A stretch of 32,000 bases of DNA from Nautilia sp. PV-1 (lineage in GTDB: Bacteria; Campylobacterota; Campylobacteria; Campylobacterales; Nautiliaceae): NCBI RefSeq assembly GCF_004006315.1, contig NZ_CP026530.1:159618-191617 (forward strand), written 5' to 3'. Below the pieces are notes generated by a model. That model ran no database searches. It had not been told where the DNA came from and worked only from the letters and a program-made list of their open reading frames with translations. Shown here in pieces: positions 1 through 13,613 of this stretch. How positions within the stretch are numbered: the first letter of the stretch is position 1; each line of letters begins with the position of its first letter. The position numbers and the translations under genes are program-made.

Positions 1-4319
<4,319 letters not shown>

Positions 4320-4364
4320 TTTCTCTCTTTTCCTTCCTAAAAGTCAATAATCTACAAAATTTCT

Positions 4365-4392
4365 TTGAAAATTCATTAAAATTTGATATTAT
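4365..4392 (+). promoter_or_regulatory. Possible sigma70-type promoter for rpsL (TTGAAA-N16-TATTAT with TG at the extended -10 position)
   Basis: TTGAAA at 4365-4370, TGaTATTAT at 4384-4392, about 45 nt upstream of the rpsL ATG. AT-rich background makes chance matches easy. Confidence 0.3.
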
Positions 4393-4434
4393 TTCACACT
4401 AAAAAAGTTAGTAAAATCACAGAAAAGGAAAGCT

Positions 4435-4818
4435 ATGCCTACTATAAACCAATTAGTTAGAAAAGGTAGAAAACAGGTAATTAAAAAATCTAAATCACCT
4501 GCACTTGTAAGCTGTCCTCAAAGAAGAGGGGTTTGTACAAGAGTATATACTACTACTCCTAAAAAACCTAACTCAGCTTTGAGAAAAGTTGCAAAAGTTA
4601 GACTTACTTCAGGTTATGAAGTAATTAGTTACATCCCGGGTGAAGGTCACAACCTACAAGAACACAGCATCGTGCTTGTAAGAGGTGGTAGGGTAAAAGA
4701 CTTACCAGGGGTTAAATATCACATCGTAAGAGGTGCTCTTGATACAGCTGGTGTTAAAGGAAGAGTACACTCAAGAAGTAAATACGGTACAAAAAAAGCT
4801 GACGCAGGTAAGAAGTAA
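4435..4818 (+). CDS. rpsL: 30S ribosomal protein S12
   Basis: 127 aa, [13 protein letters not shown]...[11 protein letters not shown]...VRGG.VKDLPGV.YH.VRG, classic S12. RBS AAAGGAAAG before the ATG. Confidence 0.98.
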   Translation: MPTINQLVRKGRKQVIKKSKSPALVSCPQRRGVCTRVYTTTPKKPNSALRKVAKVRLTSGYEVISYIPGEGHNLQEHSIVLVRGGRVKDLPGVKYHIVRGALDTAGVKGRVHSRSKYGTKKADAGKK

Positions 4819-4826
4819 TATAGTGT

Positions 4827-4846
4827 TTAAGCGAATAAGCGCTTAA
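4827..4846 (+). other. Stem-loop directly after the rpsL stop (TTAAGCG / CGCTTAA, 7-bp stem, 6-nt loop), no U-tract
   Basis: Perfect inverted repeat read from sequence, 9 nt after the rpsL stop codon. Confidence 0.5.
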
Positions 4847-4899
4847 GTTGTGAAGTAAAAGGTACAGATATATAAGTTATAGTTGGTTTTGGTTATAGT

Positions 4900-4987
4900 A
4901 GGAGCAACATTATAAGTGTAAAATGTAAAGTGAAAAGTTATTAATTTTTAATTTTTCACTTTTAACTTTTAACTTGAAATTGCTCCT
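4900..4987 (+). other. Nested inverted repeats in the rpsL-rpsG spacer
   Basis: Outer pair AGGAGCAA (4900-4907) / TTGCTCCT (4980-4987). Inner perfect 10-bp pair AAAGTGAAAA (4927-4936) / TTTTCACTTT (4953-4962) with a 16-nt loop. Confidence 0.6.
4921..4940 (+). repeat. 20-mer AAATGTAAAGTGAAAAGTTA, copy A of a spacer repeat
   Basis: 19/20 identical to 5532-5551. Forms the 5' arm of a hairpin. Confidence 0.8.
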
Positions 4988-5037
4988 CACTGCCAAAAGG
5001 TAGAGTAAGTCCTGTGAAATGCAGGGTAAAAAACTGA

Positions 5038-5520
<483 letters not shown>

Positions 5521-5531
5521 AAACAAATTAA

Positions 5532-5551
5532 AAATGAAAAGTGAAAAGTTA
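5532..5551 (+). repeat. 20-mer AAATGAAAAGTGAAAAGTTA, copy B of the spacer repeat
   Basis: 19/20 identical to 4921-4940. Pairs with CTTTTCTTCTTTTC (5564-5577) as two GAAAAG/CTTTTC helices, so the hairpin spans about 5536-5577. Confidence 0.8.
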
Positions 5552-5618
5552 AAAATGATTTTTCTTTTCTTCTTTTCCCCTTTCAAATTTCACACACAAT
5601 CACAAATAAGGAGATAAT

Positions 5619-7700
5619 ATGCCAAGAAAAACCCCTTTACATATGGTAAGAAACATTGGTATCGCCGCGCATATCGACGCAGGTAAAACAACAACTACAG
5701 AGAGAATCCTTTACTATACAGGTGTTTCTCATAAAATCGGTGAGGTGCACGAAGGTGCAGCTACAATGGACTGGATGGATCAGGAAAAAGAAAGAGGTAT
5801 TACAATTACTTCTGCAGCAACTACATGTTTTTGGAAAGACCACCAAATTAACATTATCGATACTCCGGGACACGTTGACTTTACAATCGAAGTTGAAAGA
5901 AGTATGAGGGTACTTGACGGTGCCGTTGCGGTATTCTGTGCGGTTGGTGGTGTTCAGCCTCAGTCTGAAACAGTTTGGAGACAGGCAAACAAATACAGAG
6001 TTCCAAGAATCGCATTCGTTAACAAAATGGACAGAATCGGTGCGGATTTCTATAACGTTGAAAAACAGATCAGAGAAAGACTAAAAGCTAACGCAGTTCC
6101 AATTCAGATTCCAATCGGTGCGGAAGACAACTTCAAAGGTGTTGTTGATTTAGTTAAAATGAAAGCTCTTGTATGGGATGACGAAGCTGCGCTTGGAAGT
6201 AAATATGAAGAGCAGGAAATTCCTGAAGATTTAAGAGAAAAAGCTGAAGAATACAGAGAAAAAATGATTGAATCAGTTGTTGAAACTGATGAAGCGTTAA
6301 TGGAAAAATATTTTGCCGGTGAAGAGTTAACTGAAGAAGAAATTAAAAATGCTATTAAAAAAGCTACAATTGCTATTGAGATCGTACCAATGCTTTGCGG
6401 TACTGCATTCAAAAATAAAGGTGTTCAGCCGTTACTTGACGCGGTAATCGATTATCTTCCGGCTCCTGATGAAGTTGACTGGATTAAAGGTATTGATCCT
6501 AAAACTGGTGAAGAAATCAGTGTAAATCCAAGTGACGACGAACCGTTTGCAGGTCTTGCGTTCAAAATTATGACTGACCCGTTCGTTGGTAAACTTACAT
6601 TTACAAGATTCTATTCAGGTACAATTACTTCAGGTAGTTACGTACTAAACGCAACTAAAAACAAAAAAGAAAGAGTTGGTAGACTTCTAAGAATGCACTC
6701 AAACAAAAGAGAAGAAGTTAACGAATTCTACAGTGGGGAAATCGGAGCAATCGTTGGTCTTAAAAACACACTTACAGGGGATACTCTTTGTGATGAAAAA
6801 AGACCAATTATTCTTGAGAGAATGGAATTCCCAGATCCGGTTATCAGCGTAGCTGTTGAGCCTAAAACTAAAGCTGACCAGGAAAAAATGGCAATCGCTC
6901 TTCAAAAACTTGCTGAAGAGGATCCAAGTTTCAGAGTGACAACTGACGAAGAATCTGGACAGACTATTATTTCTGGTATGGGTGAGCTTCACCTTGAAAT
7001 TATTGTAGACAGACTTAAGAGAGAATTTAAAGTTGAATGTAACACTGGTAAACCTCAGGTTGCATACAGAGAAACATTCAAAAACCAAGTTGAGCAAGAA
7101 TACAAATACGCAAAACAGTCAGGTGGTAGAGGTCAGTACGGTCACGTATTCATCAGATTAATTCCACAAGAGCCTGGAAAAGGTTATGAGTTTGTTGATT
7201 TAATTAAAGGTGGGGTAATTCCAAGAGAATACATCCCGGCAGTTGATAAAGGTATCCAAGAAGCTGCTCAAGGCGGTGTTTTAGCTGGATTCCCGGTAGT
7301 TGACTTTAAAGTTGAACTTTTCGACGGTTCTTACCATGACGTTGACTCAAGTGAGATGGCGTTTAAACTTGCTGGTTCTATGGCATTTAAAGAAGGTGTT
7401 AAAAAAGCTAACCCTGTTATTCTTGAGCCGATCATGAAAGTTGAAATCGAAGTTCCAGAAGAGTACATGGGTGACGTTATCGGTGACATCAACAGAAGAA
7501 GAGGTCAGGTTAACTCTATGGAAGATGTACACGGAATCAAAAAAATTAACGCATTCGTTCCACTTAGCGAAATGTTCGGTTACTCAACAGACCTTAGAAG
7601 TATGACTCAGGGTAGGGGAACATACTCAATGGTATTCGATCACTATGAAGAAGTACCAAGCAACATTGCTGATGAAATTATCAAAGAAAGACAAGGTTAA
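5619..7700 (+). CDS. fusA: Translation elongation factor G
   Basis: 693 aa. GTPase motifs [21 protein letters not shown]. Conserved position after rpsG. Confidence 0.98.
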   Translation: MPRKTPLHMVRNIGIAAHIDAGKTTTTERILYYTGVSHKIGEVHEGAATMDWMDQEKERGITITSAATTCFWKDHQINIIDTPGHVDFTIEVERSMRVLDGAVAVFCAVGGVQPQSETVWRQANKYRVPRIAFVNKMDRIGADFYNVEKQIRERLKANAVPIQIPIGAEDNFKGVVDLVKMKALVWDDEAALGSKYEEQEIPEDLREKAEEYREKMIESVVETDEALMEKYFAGEELTEEEIKNAIKKATIAIEIVPMLCGTAFKNKGVQPLLDAVIDYLPAPDEVDWIKGIDPKTGEEISVNPSDDEPFAGLAFKIMTDPFVGKLTFTRFYSGTITSGSYVLNATKNKKERVGRLLRMHSNKREEVNEFYSGEIGAIVGLKNTLTGDTLCDEKRPIILERMEFPDPVISVAVEPKTKADQEKMAIALQKLAEEDPSFRVTTDEESGQTIISGMGELHLEIIVDRLKREFKVECNTGKPQVAYRETFKNQVEQEYKYAKQSGGRGQYGHVFIRLIPQEPGKGYEFVDLIKGGVIPREYIPAVDKGIQEAAQGGVLAGFPVVDFKVELFDGSYHDVDSSEMAFKLAGSMAFKEGVKKANPVILEPIMKVEIEVPEEYMGDVIGDINRRRGQVNSMEDVHGIKKINAFVPLSEMFGYSTDLRSMTQGRGTYSMVFDHYEEVPSNIADEIIKERQG

Positions 7701-7720
7701 TTCCTTGTTTTTTTCTTTTT
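7687..7720 (+). terminator. Rho-independent terminator of the str cluster
   Basis: AAAGACAAGG (7687-7696) / CCTTGTTTTT (7703-7712) stem with one G-U pair. The loop TTAATT contains the fusA stop. Followed by a long T-run. Confidence 0.75.
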
Positions 7721-7795
7721 TATATTAAATAAGTGTCAGGCACCTTATGTGTAGACACAGAATACTTTTTTCACTTTATAAACTGAAGAAAAAAA

Positions 7796-8725
7796 CTAAA
7801 ACCAGTTTTTTCTTTTGAATAATATTACACCTAAGTAAGATAAAAAGAATGACCCGATTATTATAAACGGCAGTGCCCATTGTTTGTTTTCAATAAAAAG
7901 AGGGACATTCATACCGAATAAACTGTAAATAACGGTCGGAATCATTAAAATAATTGAAATTGAAGTTAGCTGTTTCATGACAATGTTTAAGTTATTGGAT
8001 ATTACGGAGGCAAACGCATCCATCATTCCGCTTAAAATATCAGAGTATATCTGTGCCATTGTTAAAGCCTGTTTATTTTCTATAATGGCATCTTCAAGCA
8101 AATCTTCATTTATTTCACTTTTTATGTTTTTTGAATGGTTAAGTTTTGCTAAAATAATTTCATTTGCTTTAATAGAGGTAATAAAATATACAAGACATTT
8201 TTCCATTTTTAATAGATCAATAAGCTCTTTATTTCTAATGGACTGTTCGAGGTCTTTTTGTATTAATGAAATGTATTTATTGATCTGTTTAAGATATCTT
8301 AAATAAATTTTGCCGGTTCTAAGAAATATTTTTAAAATAAAATTTAAATTATCAGGAATCTTTTTATAATATTTTTTTATAAGGTTAAGTTCGTTTATTG
8401 GAAGTATTTCATTTTCTTTTGCGCAGAGAGTTAAAATATATTCTTTGGTTATAAAAATACCTAACGGCACTGTAAAATACGGGATATCATTATTAATATC
8501 ATATATAGGGATTCTAAGAATTATAAGAGTGTAATCATCTTCATATTCGATATGAGAAACTTCATCCGGGTCTAAAATATCATTTATTACGTCTGAGGGA
8601 AGGTTTAGTTCTGTTTTTAAATATTCCAGCTCTTTATCTGTAGGATTTACAACATTAATCCAACAGTTAGTTTCAATTTTTTCTATTTCTTCGATACCGC
8701 CTGTTAATTTAAAATATTTAACCAT
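7796..8725 (-). CDS. corA: CorA-family divalent metal (Mg2+/Co2+) transporter
   Basis: 309 aa. Two C-terminal TM helices flank the signature GMN motif (YSLFGMNVP). Soluble N-terminal domain of typical CorA length. Confidence 0.85.
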   Translation of the reverse strand: MVKYFKLTGGIEEIEKIETNCWINVVNPTDKELEYLKTELNLPSDVINDILDPDEVSHIEYEDDYTLIILRIPIYDINNDIPYFTVPLGIFITKEYILTLCAKENEILPINELNLIKKYYKKIPDNLNFILKIFLRTGKIYLRYLKQINKYISLIQKDLEQSIRNKELIDLLKMEKCLVYFITSIKANEIILAKLNHSKNIKSEINEDLLEDAIIENKQALTMAQIYSDILSGMMDAFASVISNNLNIVMKQLTSISIILMIPTVIYSLFGMNVPLFIENKQWALPFIIIGSFFLSYLGVILFKRKNWF

Positions 8726-8798
8726 AACAAAACCTTCCGGCAGAGATAATAAATAATTATAATACTAATTTGTTTAAATGTCCATAAAAGAGGAAAAA

Positions 8799-9239
8799 TT
8801 AAAGGAAAGATTTAATTTTTTTAAGATCCAGCTGTTTTAAAATATTTACATATTTATTGTAATCATTTCCGTAAAAAAGAAGTTTTAAGGTATATTTGTC
8901 ATTCAACTGAACGGCAATTACCCCTTTTTGTAGTTTTTTATCAATATAAACCGCACTTTTAAAGCCGTTTATTGTTAAATGTTTTAATAAGAAATTTTTT
9001 GTGTCATTGTTTACATTTAATTTTAAAATACCCGGAATTCTGTTTTCAATTCCTATATAAACAATATTGTTGGAACATTCATATTTTTTAATAATTTTAA
9101 AAAAGTCATTTAATGCTATTGGGGCATTTTGCGGTGTATAATAATTGATACTTAAACATTGTGCAAAACTGTCTGGCAGAATATGAGGAGACAGTGCAAA
9201 AGAAAGGCTCGCTATTAACGGTAAAATTATTTTTTTCAT
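8799..9239 (-). CDS. Hypothetical exported protein
   Basis: 146 aa with an N-terminal signal-like segment MKKIILPLIASLSFALS. No recognisable family. Confidence 0.5.
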   Translation of the reverse strand: MKKIILPLIASLSFALSPHILPDSFAQCLSINYYTPQNAPIALNDFFKIIKKYECSNNIVYIGIENRIPGILKLNVNNDTKNFLLKHLTINGFKSAVYIDKKLQKGVIAVQLNDKYTLKLLFYGNDYNKYVNILKQLDLKKIKSFL

Positions 9240-9328
9240 TTCCCGCTCCTTGATGATGGGTTGTTTTAATAATTATAAATCTTTTAATTTAAAGATGTAT
9301 TAAATTTGTGTTTTTTAACTGTTTATTA

Positions 9329-9357
9329 TTGACAATGAAAAATAAAAGTTATAAAAT
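9329..9357 (+). promoter_or_regulatory. Sigma70-type promoter of modD (TTGACA-N17-TAAAAT)
   Basis: TTGACA 9329-9334, 17-nt spacer, TAAAAT 9352-9357, about 40 nt upstream of the modD ATG. Confidence 0.65.
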
Positions 9358-9358
9358 G

Positions 9359-9382
9359 CGTTATATACAATTTTATATAACG
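9359..9382 (+). promoter_or_regulatory. ModE-type operator, perfect palindrome CGTTATATA-N6-TATATAACG
   Basis: 9-bp perfect inverted repeat starting 2 nt after the -10 hexamer, so it covers the expected transcription start. Matches the TATAT-rich, CG-flanked ModE-box architecture. Related sites at 13578 and 16246. Confidence 0.7.
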
Positions 9383-9396
9383 AATAAGGAGTGTTA

Positions 9397-10224
9397 ATGT
9401 TTTACACCTACGAAGAAATTGACAGGCTTGTTTCTGAAGATATGCCGTTTTTTGATTTGACTCAGAAACTTCTGGATATAAAAGAAAAAGGAAAAATTTC
9501 ATTTTTTACCAGAAAAGACTGTATTGTAACTGCAAGTGAGCTTATAGAAAAACTGGCAAAAAAACTTGAGCTTAAAGTAGTATTTAAAGAAAAAGACGGA
9601 CGATTTGTTAAAGCCGGAAGCAAACTGTTTGAAGCAGAAGGAGAAAATGTACTGATTTTATGGAAAGTTGCTCAAAATATATATGAATATGCATTAAGCG
9701 TGTCTACATATGTACATGAGATGACCGCAAAAGCCAGAAAACACAATCCAAACATAGAAATACTTACAACCAGAAAGGTAATTCCTTTTACTAAAAAGGT
9801 TGCATTACAGGCTGTTATCGACGGAGGAGGGCTGCCTCATAGGGTGACAACAACAGAAACGATACTTATTTTTGAAAATTACATTAACCTTTATGGAGGA
9901 TGGGATAAGTTTTATAAAAATTTCGAGAAATTAAAACATAAATCTATAGAAAAAAAATGGGTAGTGGAAGCGAAAAATTTTGAACATGCCAAAAAACTTG
10001 TAGAAATAGGAGTGGATGTTTTACAGCTTGATAAACTGGATATTGAAACAACAGAAAAAATTGTAGAAATCGCGCATGAAAAAAATATAAAAGTGATAAG
10101 TGCCGGAGGAATTAATATAAATAATGTGGAAGAATATGCAAAAGCGGGAGTAGACAGTATCGTTACAACCGCTCCTTATTTTGCTAAAGGAGCGGATGTG
10201 AAGGTTGTTATAGAGTCTTTTTAA
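9397..10224 (+). CDS. modD: ModD protein (quinolinate phosphoribosyltransferase-fold, molybdenum-utilisation family)
   Basis: 275 aa from ATG 9397 (AAGGAG 5 nt upstream; the ORF-track start 9391 is GTG). QPRTase-like fold motifs (TTRKVIPFTK..A..DGGG.PHR). N-terminus (EEIDRLVSEDMPFFDLT) is ModD-like and distinct from the true nadC at 18962. Preceded by a ModE-type box. Confidence 0.75.
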   Translation: MFYTYEEIDRLVSEDMPFFDLTQKLLDIKEKGKISFFTRKDCIVTASELIEKLAKKLELKVVFKEKDGRFVKAGSKLFEAEGENVLILWKVAQNIYEYALSVSTYVHEMTAKARKHNPNIEILTTRKVIPFTKKVALQAVIDGGGLPHRVTTTETILIFENYINLYGGWDKFYKNFEKLKHKSIEKKWVVEAKNFEHAKKLVEIGVDVLQLDKLDIETTEKIVEIAHEKNIKVISAGGININNVEEYAKAGVDSIVTTAPYFAKGADVKVVIESF

Positions 10225-10603
10225 GCTCTTTTACCCAGCCTTCCATTACTTCGTTTGCGATTAATGCAGGAGCTTCTAGAAAAGCTATTTCAAATTTTTC
10301 AGTATATTCCGTTACGCTGATACTTCTTGGTCTTGCTGCTGTGATTTTACCGTTTGGAAGTTTGTTTCCAAAACAGAAAAGAACCAATTTGCAGTCTTTT
10401 ATTTCCGGATTGATTTCACCGTTTTCAAGCGATGAGGTGTGTGCGTAATGATCGAATTCACCGATATATGTACAAACAGGGTGTGAATTGATTTTTTCTT
10501 TGAAAAATTCGATAATTTCCTGAGCCGTTTTATAATGAGTTTCATTTTTTTCTACGTCTAATACGAATACAGGATATTTTTCCTGAACTATCATCTGTTG
10601 CAT
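10208..10603 (-). CDS. Conserved hypothetical protein
   Basis: Start placed at MQQMIVQEKYP (GGAGAATAT-ATG); the ORF-track start 10636 lacks an RBS. About 132 aa, no family recognised. 3' end overlaps modD by 17 bp (convergent). Confidence 0.5.
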   Translation of the reverse strand: MQQMIVQEKYPVFVLDVEKNETHYKTAQEIIEFFKEKINSHPVCTYIGEFDHYAHTSSLENGEINPEIKDCKLVLFCFGNKLPNGKITAARPRSISVTEYTEKFEIAFLEAPALIANEVMEGWVKELKKTL

Positions 10604-10713
10604 ATATTCTCCTTTTTTTGGAGCGAAGTGTATCATAAATAAGGATAAATTATATCTGTTATAAGTAAAAATTATGTAATAAAAATATTTTAAATTTTTT
10701 TACAGTATTAAAG

Positions 10714-10722
10714 TGCTATAAT
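10714..10722 (+). promoter_or_regulatory. Extended -10 promoter element TGCTATAAT
   Basis: TGnTATAAT about 20 nt upstream of the RBS/ATG of the 10743 ORF. Confidence 0.45.
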
Positions 10723-10742
10723 TTCAACAAAAAAGGGTGAAC

Positions 10743-11045
10743 ATGGCTTATATGCTTATAATAGACAATGAAAATAAAAAAATAGAAATTCACTCTGATA
10801 TGTGTGACGTTGTTTTTGACAAAAAAGAAGAGCTTTTTCTTGATCCGAACTGGGAATTTATTCCGTTTCATTACTATTCCGAAATAGAGGAATATTTAAA
10901 CAATACGGAAGATTTTGAAGTTGTAGAATGTGAAATATGCAAACCTGTAGAAAATAAAGAGTCTCTTGATGAAGATTATGATGATATTTACGAAGAATTT
11001 GACGAAGATGAAGATTATGACGACACAAGATGTGATATAATATAG
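10743..11045 (+). CDS. Hypothetical small protein with a highly acidic C-terminal tail and scattered Cys residues
   Basis: 100 aa from ATG 10743 (RBS AAAAGGGTG). Contains HSDMCD and ECEICKP. Tail is DEDYDDIYEEFDEDEDYDD. No family recognised. Confidence 0.45.
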   Translation: MAYMLIIDNENKKIEIHSDMCDVVFDKKEELFLDPNWEFIPFHYYSEIEEYLNNTEDFEVVECEICKPVENKESLDEDYDDIYEEFDEDEDYDDTRCDII

Positions 11046-11071
11046 TTACAAAATATTTAAAAGGAGAAGAT

Positions 11072-11311
11072 ATGTTTAAAGAATGTTGCCCTGAATTAAT
11101 ACCTGTTATGGAACAAGTTGCGGCAGAAAATCCACATATAGCTAAATTAATCGAAAGACATCAAGAACTTAATAAAATAATTGATGAAGTTGAAGCAGGA
11201 AGAGAGCATATGGACGAACTTGAGCTTGAAAAACTTAAAAAAGAAAAACTTCATATTAAAGACGAAGTGTATGCGGCGGTAGTCGAATATAAAAAAGAAA
11301 AAGGAATTTAA
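11072..11311 (+). CDS. DUF465/YdcH-like small coiled-coil protein
   Basis: 79 aa, RBS AAGGAG. Pattern H..L...I.......D..ELE.LKKEKL.IKDEV is typical of DUF465. Confidence 0.6.
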   Translation: MFKECCPELIPVMEQVAAENPHIAKLIERHQELNKIIDEVEAGREHMDELELEKLKKEKLHIKDEVYAAVVEYKKEKGI

Positions 11312-11331
11312 TCCTTTTTCGCAATTTTTTT
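11297..11331 (+). terminator. Rho-independent terminator after the DUF465 gene
   Basis: Perfect 9-bp stem GAAAAAGGA (11297-11305) / TCCTTTTTC (11312-11320). The stop codon lies in the 6-nt loop. T7 run at 11325-11331. Confidence 0.65.
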
Positions 11332-11382
11332 CTATCTTAATATCTGACTTTCTTATATACTTTCCCAAAAAAAGGTGTTGTC

Positions 11383-12606
11383 ATGTATACCGCAAAAGAG
11401 ATTTTAATTTCTCAGATAAAACCTGCCCTAGGTTGTACCGAACCGGCTGCCATAGCTTTAAACGCAGCATATTTAAAAGATCTTACTGATGTGGACGGGA
11501 AAATAAATTTGACTATCAATACCAATTTGTTAAAAAACGCAATGTATGTTCCTATTCCGAATACAGGCAGAAGATTTGGAGTTAAATTTGCTTTTGCTTT
11601 AGGACTTTTGTGCGGAAATAAAGAAAACGGACTGAATGTTTTTGAGACAGTTACCGAAGAATGTATAAAAAAAGCTGCCGAAATGGAAAAAAATATAAAT
11701 CTTGAAATCGTAAAAGGCAGTGAAATTTTTATAAAAAGCTCTTATAAGGGGTATGAGGTTTTAACGAAGACGTTTCATGACAATATAGAAAATATAAAAA
11801 CCCCAAAAAAGGAAATAAAACTTGTAAACAGACAGGAAAGTGCAGATACCGGTGTTATAGAAAAGTGGCTTAAAAATCAGGATTTCGAAGTATTATATGA
11901 TCTTGTGGAAAAAGAAGATGATTTCTCTTTTATTGAAGATGTTATAAATATGAATATGAAACTTTCAAAAATTGGACTAGAAGAAGACTGTGCACTTAAT
12001 ATCGGTAAAAGTTTTACAGGTAATGATGTAAAATCGAAAATTATTTCATATGCCACCTCTGCTTCTGATGCGAGAATGGAAGGGGTTAATTTCCCTGCCA
12101 TGAGTCTGGTTGGAAGCGGAAATCACGGAATAAGCGCAACACTTCCCGTATGGATATACGCCAGTGAAAAGGGATTTTCAAAACATGAGACTTTCAGAGC
12201 TTTGGCTCTTAGCATGTTAATTACGGTATATGTGAAACTTTTTATAGGCAGACTTTCAGCTATATGCGGCGCCGCATTTGCAAGCGGATGTGGTGTTGCC
12301 GGGGCAATATCATATCTTGAAAGTAAAAACAGAAATATCTCAAAAAACGCCGTATCGTATCTGATACAGACAATAAACGGAGTAATTTGCGACGGTGCTA
12401 AAATGGGATGTTCTTTAAAAGTAATGCTCGGGGCTCAAAGCGGATATGAGGCTGCTGTTTTTGCATTGGAAAACAAGCCGGTTTTCAGTGACGGTATTTT
12501 AGAAGAAAATATAACAAACAGTATTAAAAATCTTAAAAATGTCTCAGATGCAATGAGCGGCGTTGATGATGCGATTGTCGATGTAATGAGAAATAAAGTT
12601 ATTTAG
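11383..12606 (+). CDS. UPF0597/YhaM-family protein (L-cysteine desulfidase-like, serine dehydratase alpha-like)
   Basis: 407 aa. The N-terminal signature IKPALGCTEPAAIALNAA and the Cys/Gly-rich C-terminal half (ICGAAFASGCGVAG..CDGAKMGCS) are typical of the family. Confidence 0.75.
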   Translation: MYTAKEILISQIKPALGCTEPAAIALNAAYLKDLTDVDGKINLTINTNLLKNAMYVPIPNTGRRFGVKFAFALGLLCGNKENGLNVFETVTEECIKKAAEMEKNINLEIVKGSEIFIKSSYKGYEVLTKTFHDNIENIKTPKKEIKLVNRQESADTGVIEKWLKNQDFEVLYDLVEKEDDFSFIEDVINMNMKLSKIGLEEDCALNIGKSFTGNDVKSKIISYATSASDARMEGVNFPAMSLVGSGNHGISATLPVWIYASEKGFSKHETFRALALSMLITVYVKLFIGRLSAICGAAFASGCGVAGAISYLESKNRNISKNAVSYLIQTINGVICDGAKMGCSLKVMLGAQSGYEAAVFALENKPVFSDGILEENITNSIKNLKNVSDAMSGVDDAIVDVMRNKVI

Positions 12607-13129
12607 AGAGTTTAAAATATCTGCTTTTGAGTAGACTCCTTACCGTTATGATTTTTTTATTGTTAAATTTATAAAGGTATGCATAAATGTGCCGGCCTAA
12701 AAGTTTATAATATATATAATCAACAAGTTCAGTGCAGTAATATTTATTATTAGTCAGACTGATTTGAGTATCAAATTCTATTTTTTGTTTTTTTAAAGTG
12801 TTAATAATTTTTTTTAATTTTTTTTGGTTTATCTTAAACAAGGGTTCTAAAATCACATAAGATGATGCAAGAGACAGGAATGATTTTAAAGGCACTATTT
12901 TTAAATTTTCGCCTTTTTTTTCATATTCGATATTGCAGACGTACGTTTTTTTGTTTTTAATAATGATAATACCGGAGTGGGAATATCCGCAGGGATCAAT
13001 TTGAGAGAAAAGATTGCTTAATATGTTTGATTCTTTTCTAAGGATAATATCTCCTGTTTTTAATACAGGATGTGCATATAAAAAACAGAAAAAGAAAGTA
13101 AAAATTATTTTTTTATATTTACTTTCCAT
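12599..13129 (-). CDS. YiiX/DUF830-like permuted papain-fold (NlpC/P60-type) protein, exported
   Basis: 176 aa with a signal-like N-terminus. GDIILRK...YSHSGIII (His region) precedes YYCTELVDY (Cys region), the permuted order of this family. Confidence 0.55.
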   Translation of the reverse strand: MESKYKKIIFTFFFCFLYAHPVLKTGDIILRKESNILSNLFSQIDPCGYSHSGIIIIKNKKTYVCNIEYEKKGENLKIVPLKSFLSLASSYVILEPLFKINQKKLKKIINTLKKQKIEFDTQISLTNNKYYCTELVDYIYYKLLGRHIYAYLYKFNNKKIITVRSLLKSRYFKLSK

Positions 13130-13503
13130 CCGTCTTTCGTTTCTACTACCGGAATGCTTTCATTGGTTACTTTCCCGTTAGCCAGAGTCTCTTTTAAAGT
13201 AACGAGAGCTTCTTTGCCGTTTTTTTTCACACCCACGACTTCTACGGATTTTAAGTTTTCACCAATTTTTTTCAGACATTTAGGCATATCGTTGTTCATT
13301 TCTTCCTGTGAACACTTCATAGCCATTGCCAGGGTGAAAAGCTCTTTTGTGGAATCTGTGGAATACTGTTTGAATGCGTTTGTGTCTCCATTAATAAATG
13401 AAGAAATGAATTCTTTTGCAGCAGTTTCAGGCGAATTTTTTTTGCTGCACCCCGTAAAAATCAATACGGCTGTAAATAATACAGCCAATAGCCCCTTTTT
13501 CAT
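13105..13503 (-). CDS. Putative lipoprotein (DUF4878-like)
   Basis: 132 aa. Signal peptide with lipobox LIFTGC. AKEFISSFINGDTNAFKQY resembles DUF4878 N-termini. Confidence 0.55.
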   Translation of the reverse strand: MKKGLLAVLFTAVLIFTGCSKKNSPETAAKEFISSFINGDTNAFKQYSTDSTKELFTLAMAMKCSQEEMNNDMPKCLKKIGENLKSVEVVGVKKNGKEALVTLKETLANGKVTNESIPVVETKDGWKVNIKK

Positions 13504-13546
13504 TCTTTCTCCTTTTATTTAGTAGAATAAAAATTATATCTAAATA

Positions 13547-13575
13547 TTGACTATCAGTAAAAATATAATTATAAT
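13547..13575 (+). promoter_or_regulatory. Sigma70-type promoter of the mod operon (TTGACT-N17-TATAAT)
   Basis: TTGACT 13547-13552, 17-nt spacer, TATAAT 13570-13575. Confidence 0.7.
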
Positions 13576-13577
13576 AG

Positions 13578-13601
13578 CGCTATATTTAAAAATATATAAC
13601 G
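13578..13601 (+). promoter_or_regulatory. ModE-type operator CGCTATATT-N6-TATATAACG
   Basis: Right half-site is perfect and the left is 7/9 relative to the 9359 palindrome. Starts 2 nt after the -10 hexamer, the same geometry as at modD. Confidence 0.7.
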
Positions 13602-13613
13602 AAAGGCGATACA

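Noticed and set aside
5637-7532. Antisense or out-of-frame ORFs within fusA (5637-5873 -, 5656-5907 +, 6104-6412 -, 6699-7097 -, 7347-7532 -)
   Set aside because: Embedded in the fusA frame, with no independent signals.
7733-7758. Weak palindrome GTGTC...GACAC between fusA and corA
   Set aside because: Only 5-bp arms with a long loop. It could help corA termination, but support is too weak to call.
7977-8306. 109-aa plus-strand ORF antisense to corA
   Set aside because: corA on the minus strand has the GMN signature and full-length architecture. The antisense ORF is low-complexity.
13154-13522. 122-aa plus-strand ORF antisense to the lipoprotein gene
   Set aside because: The minus-strand ORF has a clean lipobox signal peptide and RBS. 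The plus-strand ORF has neither.
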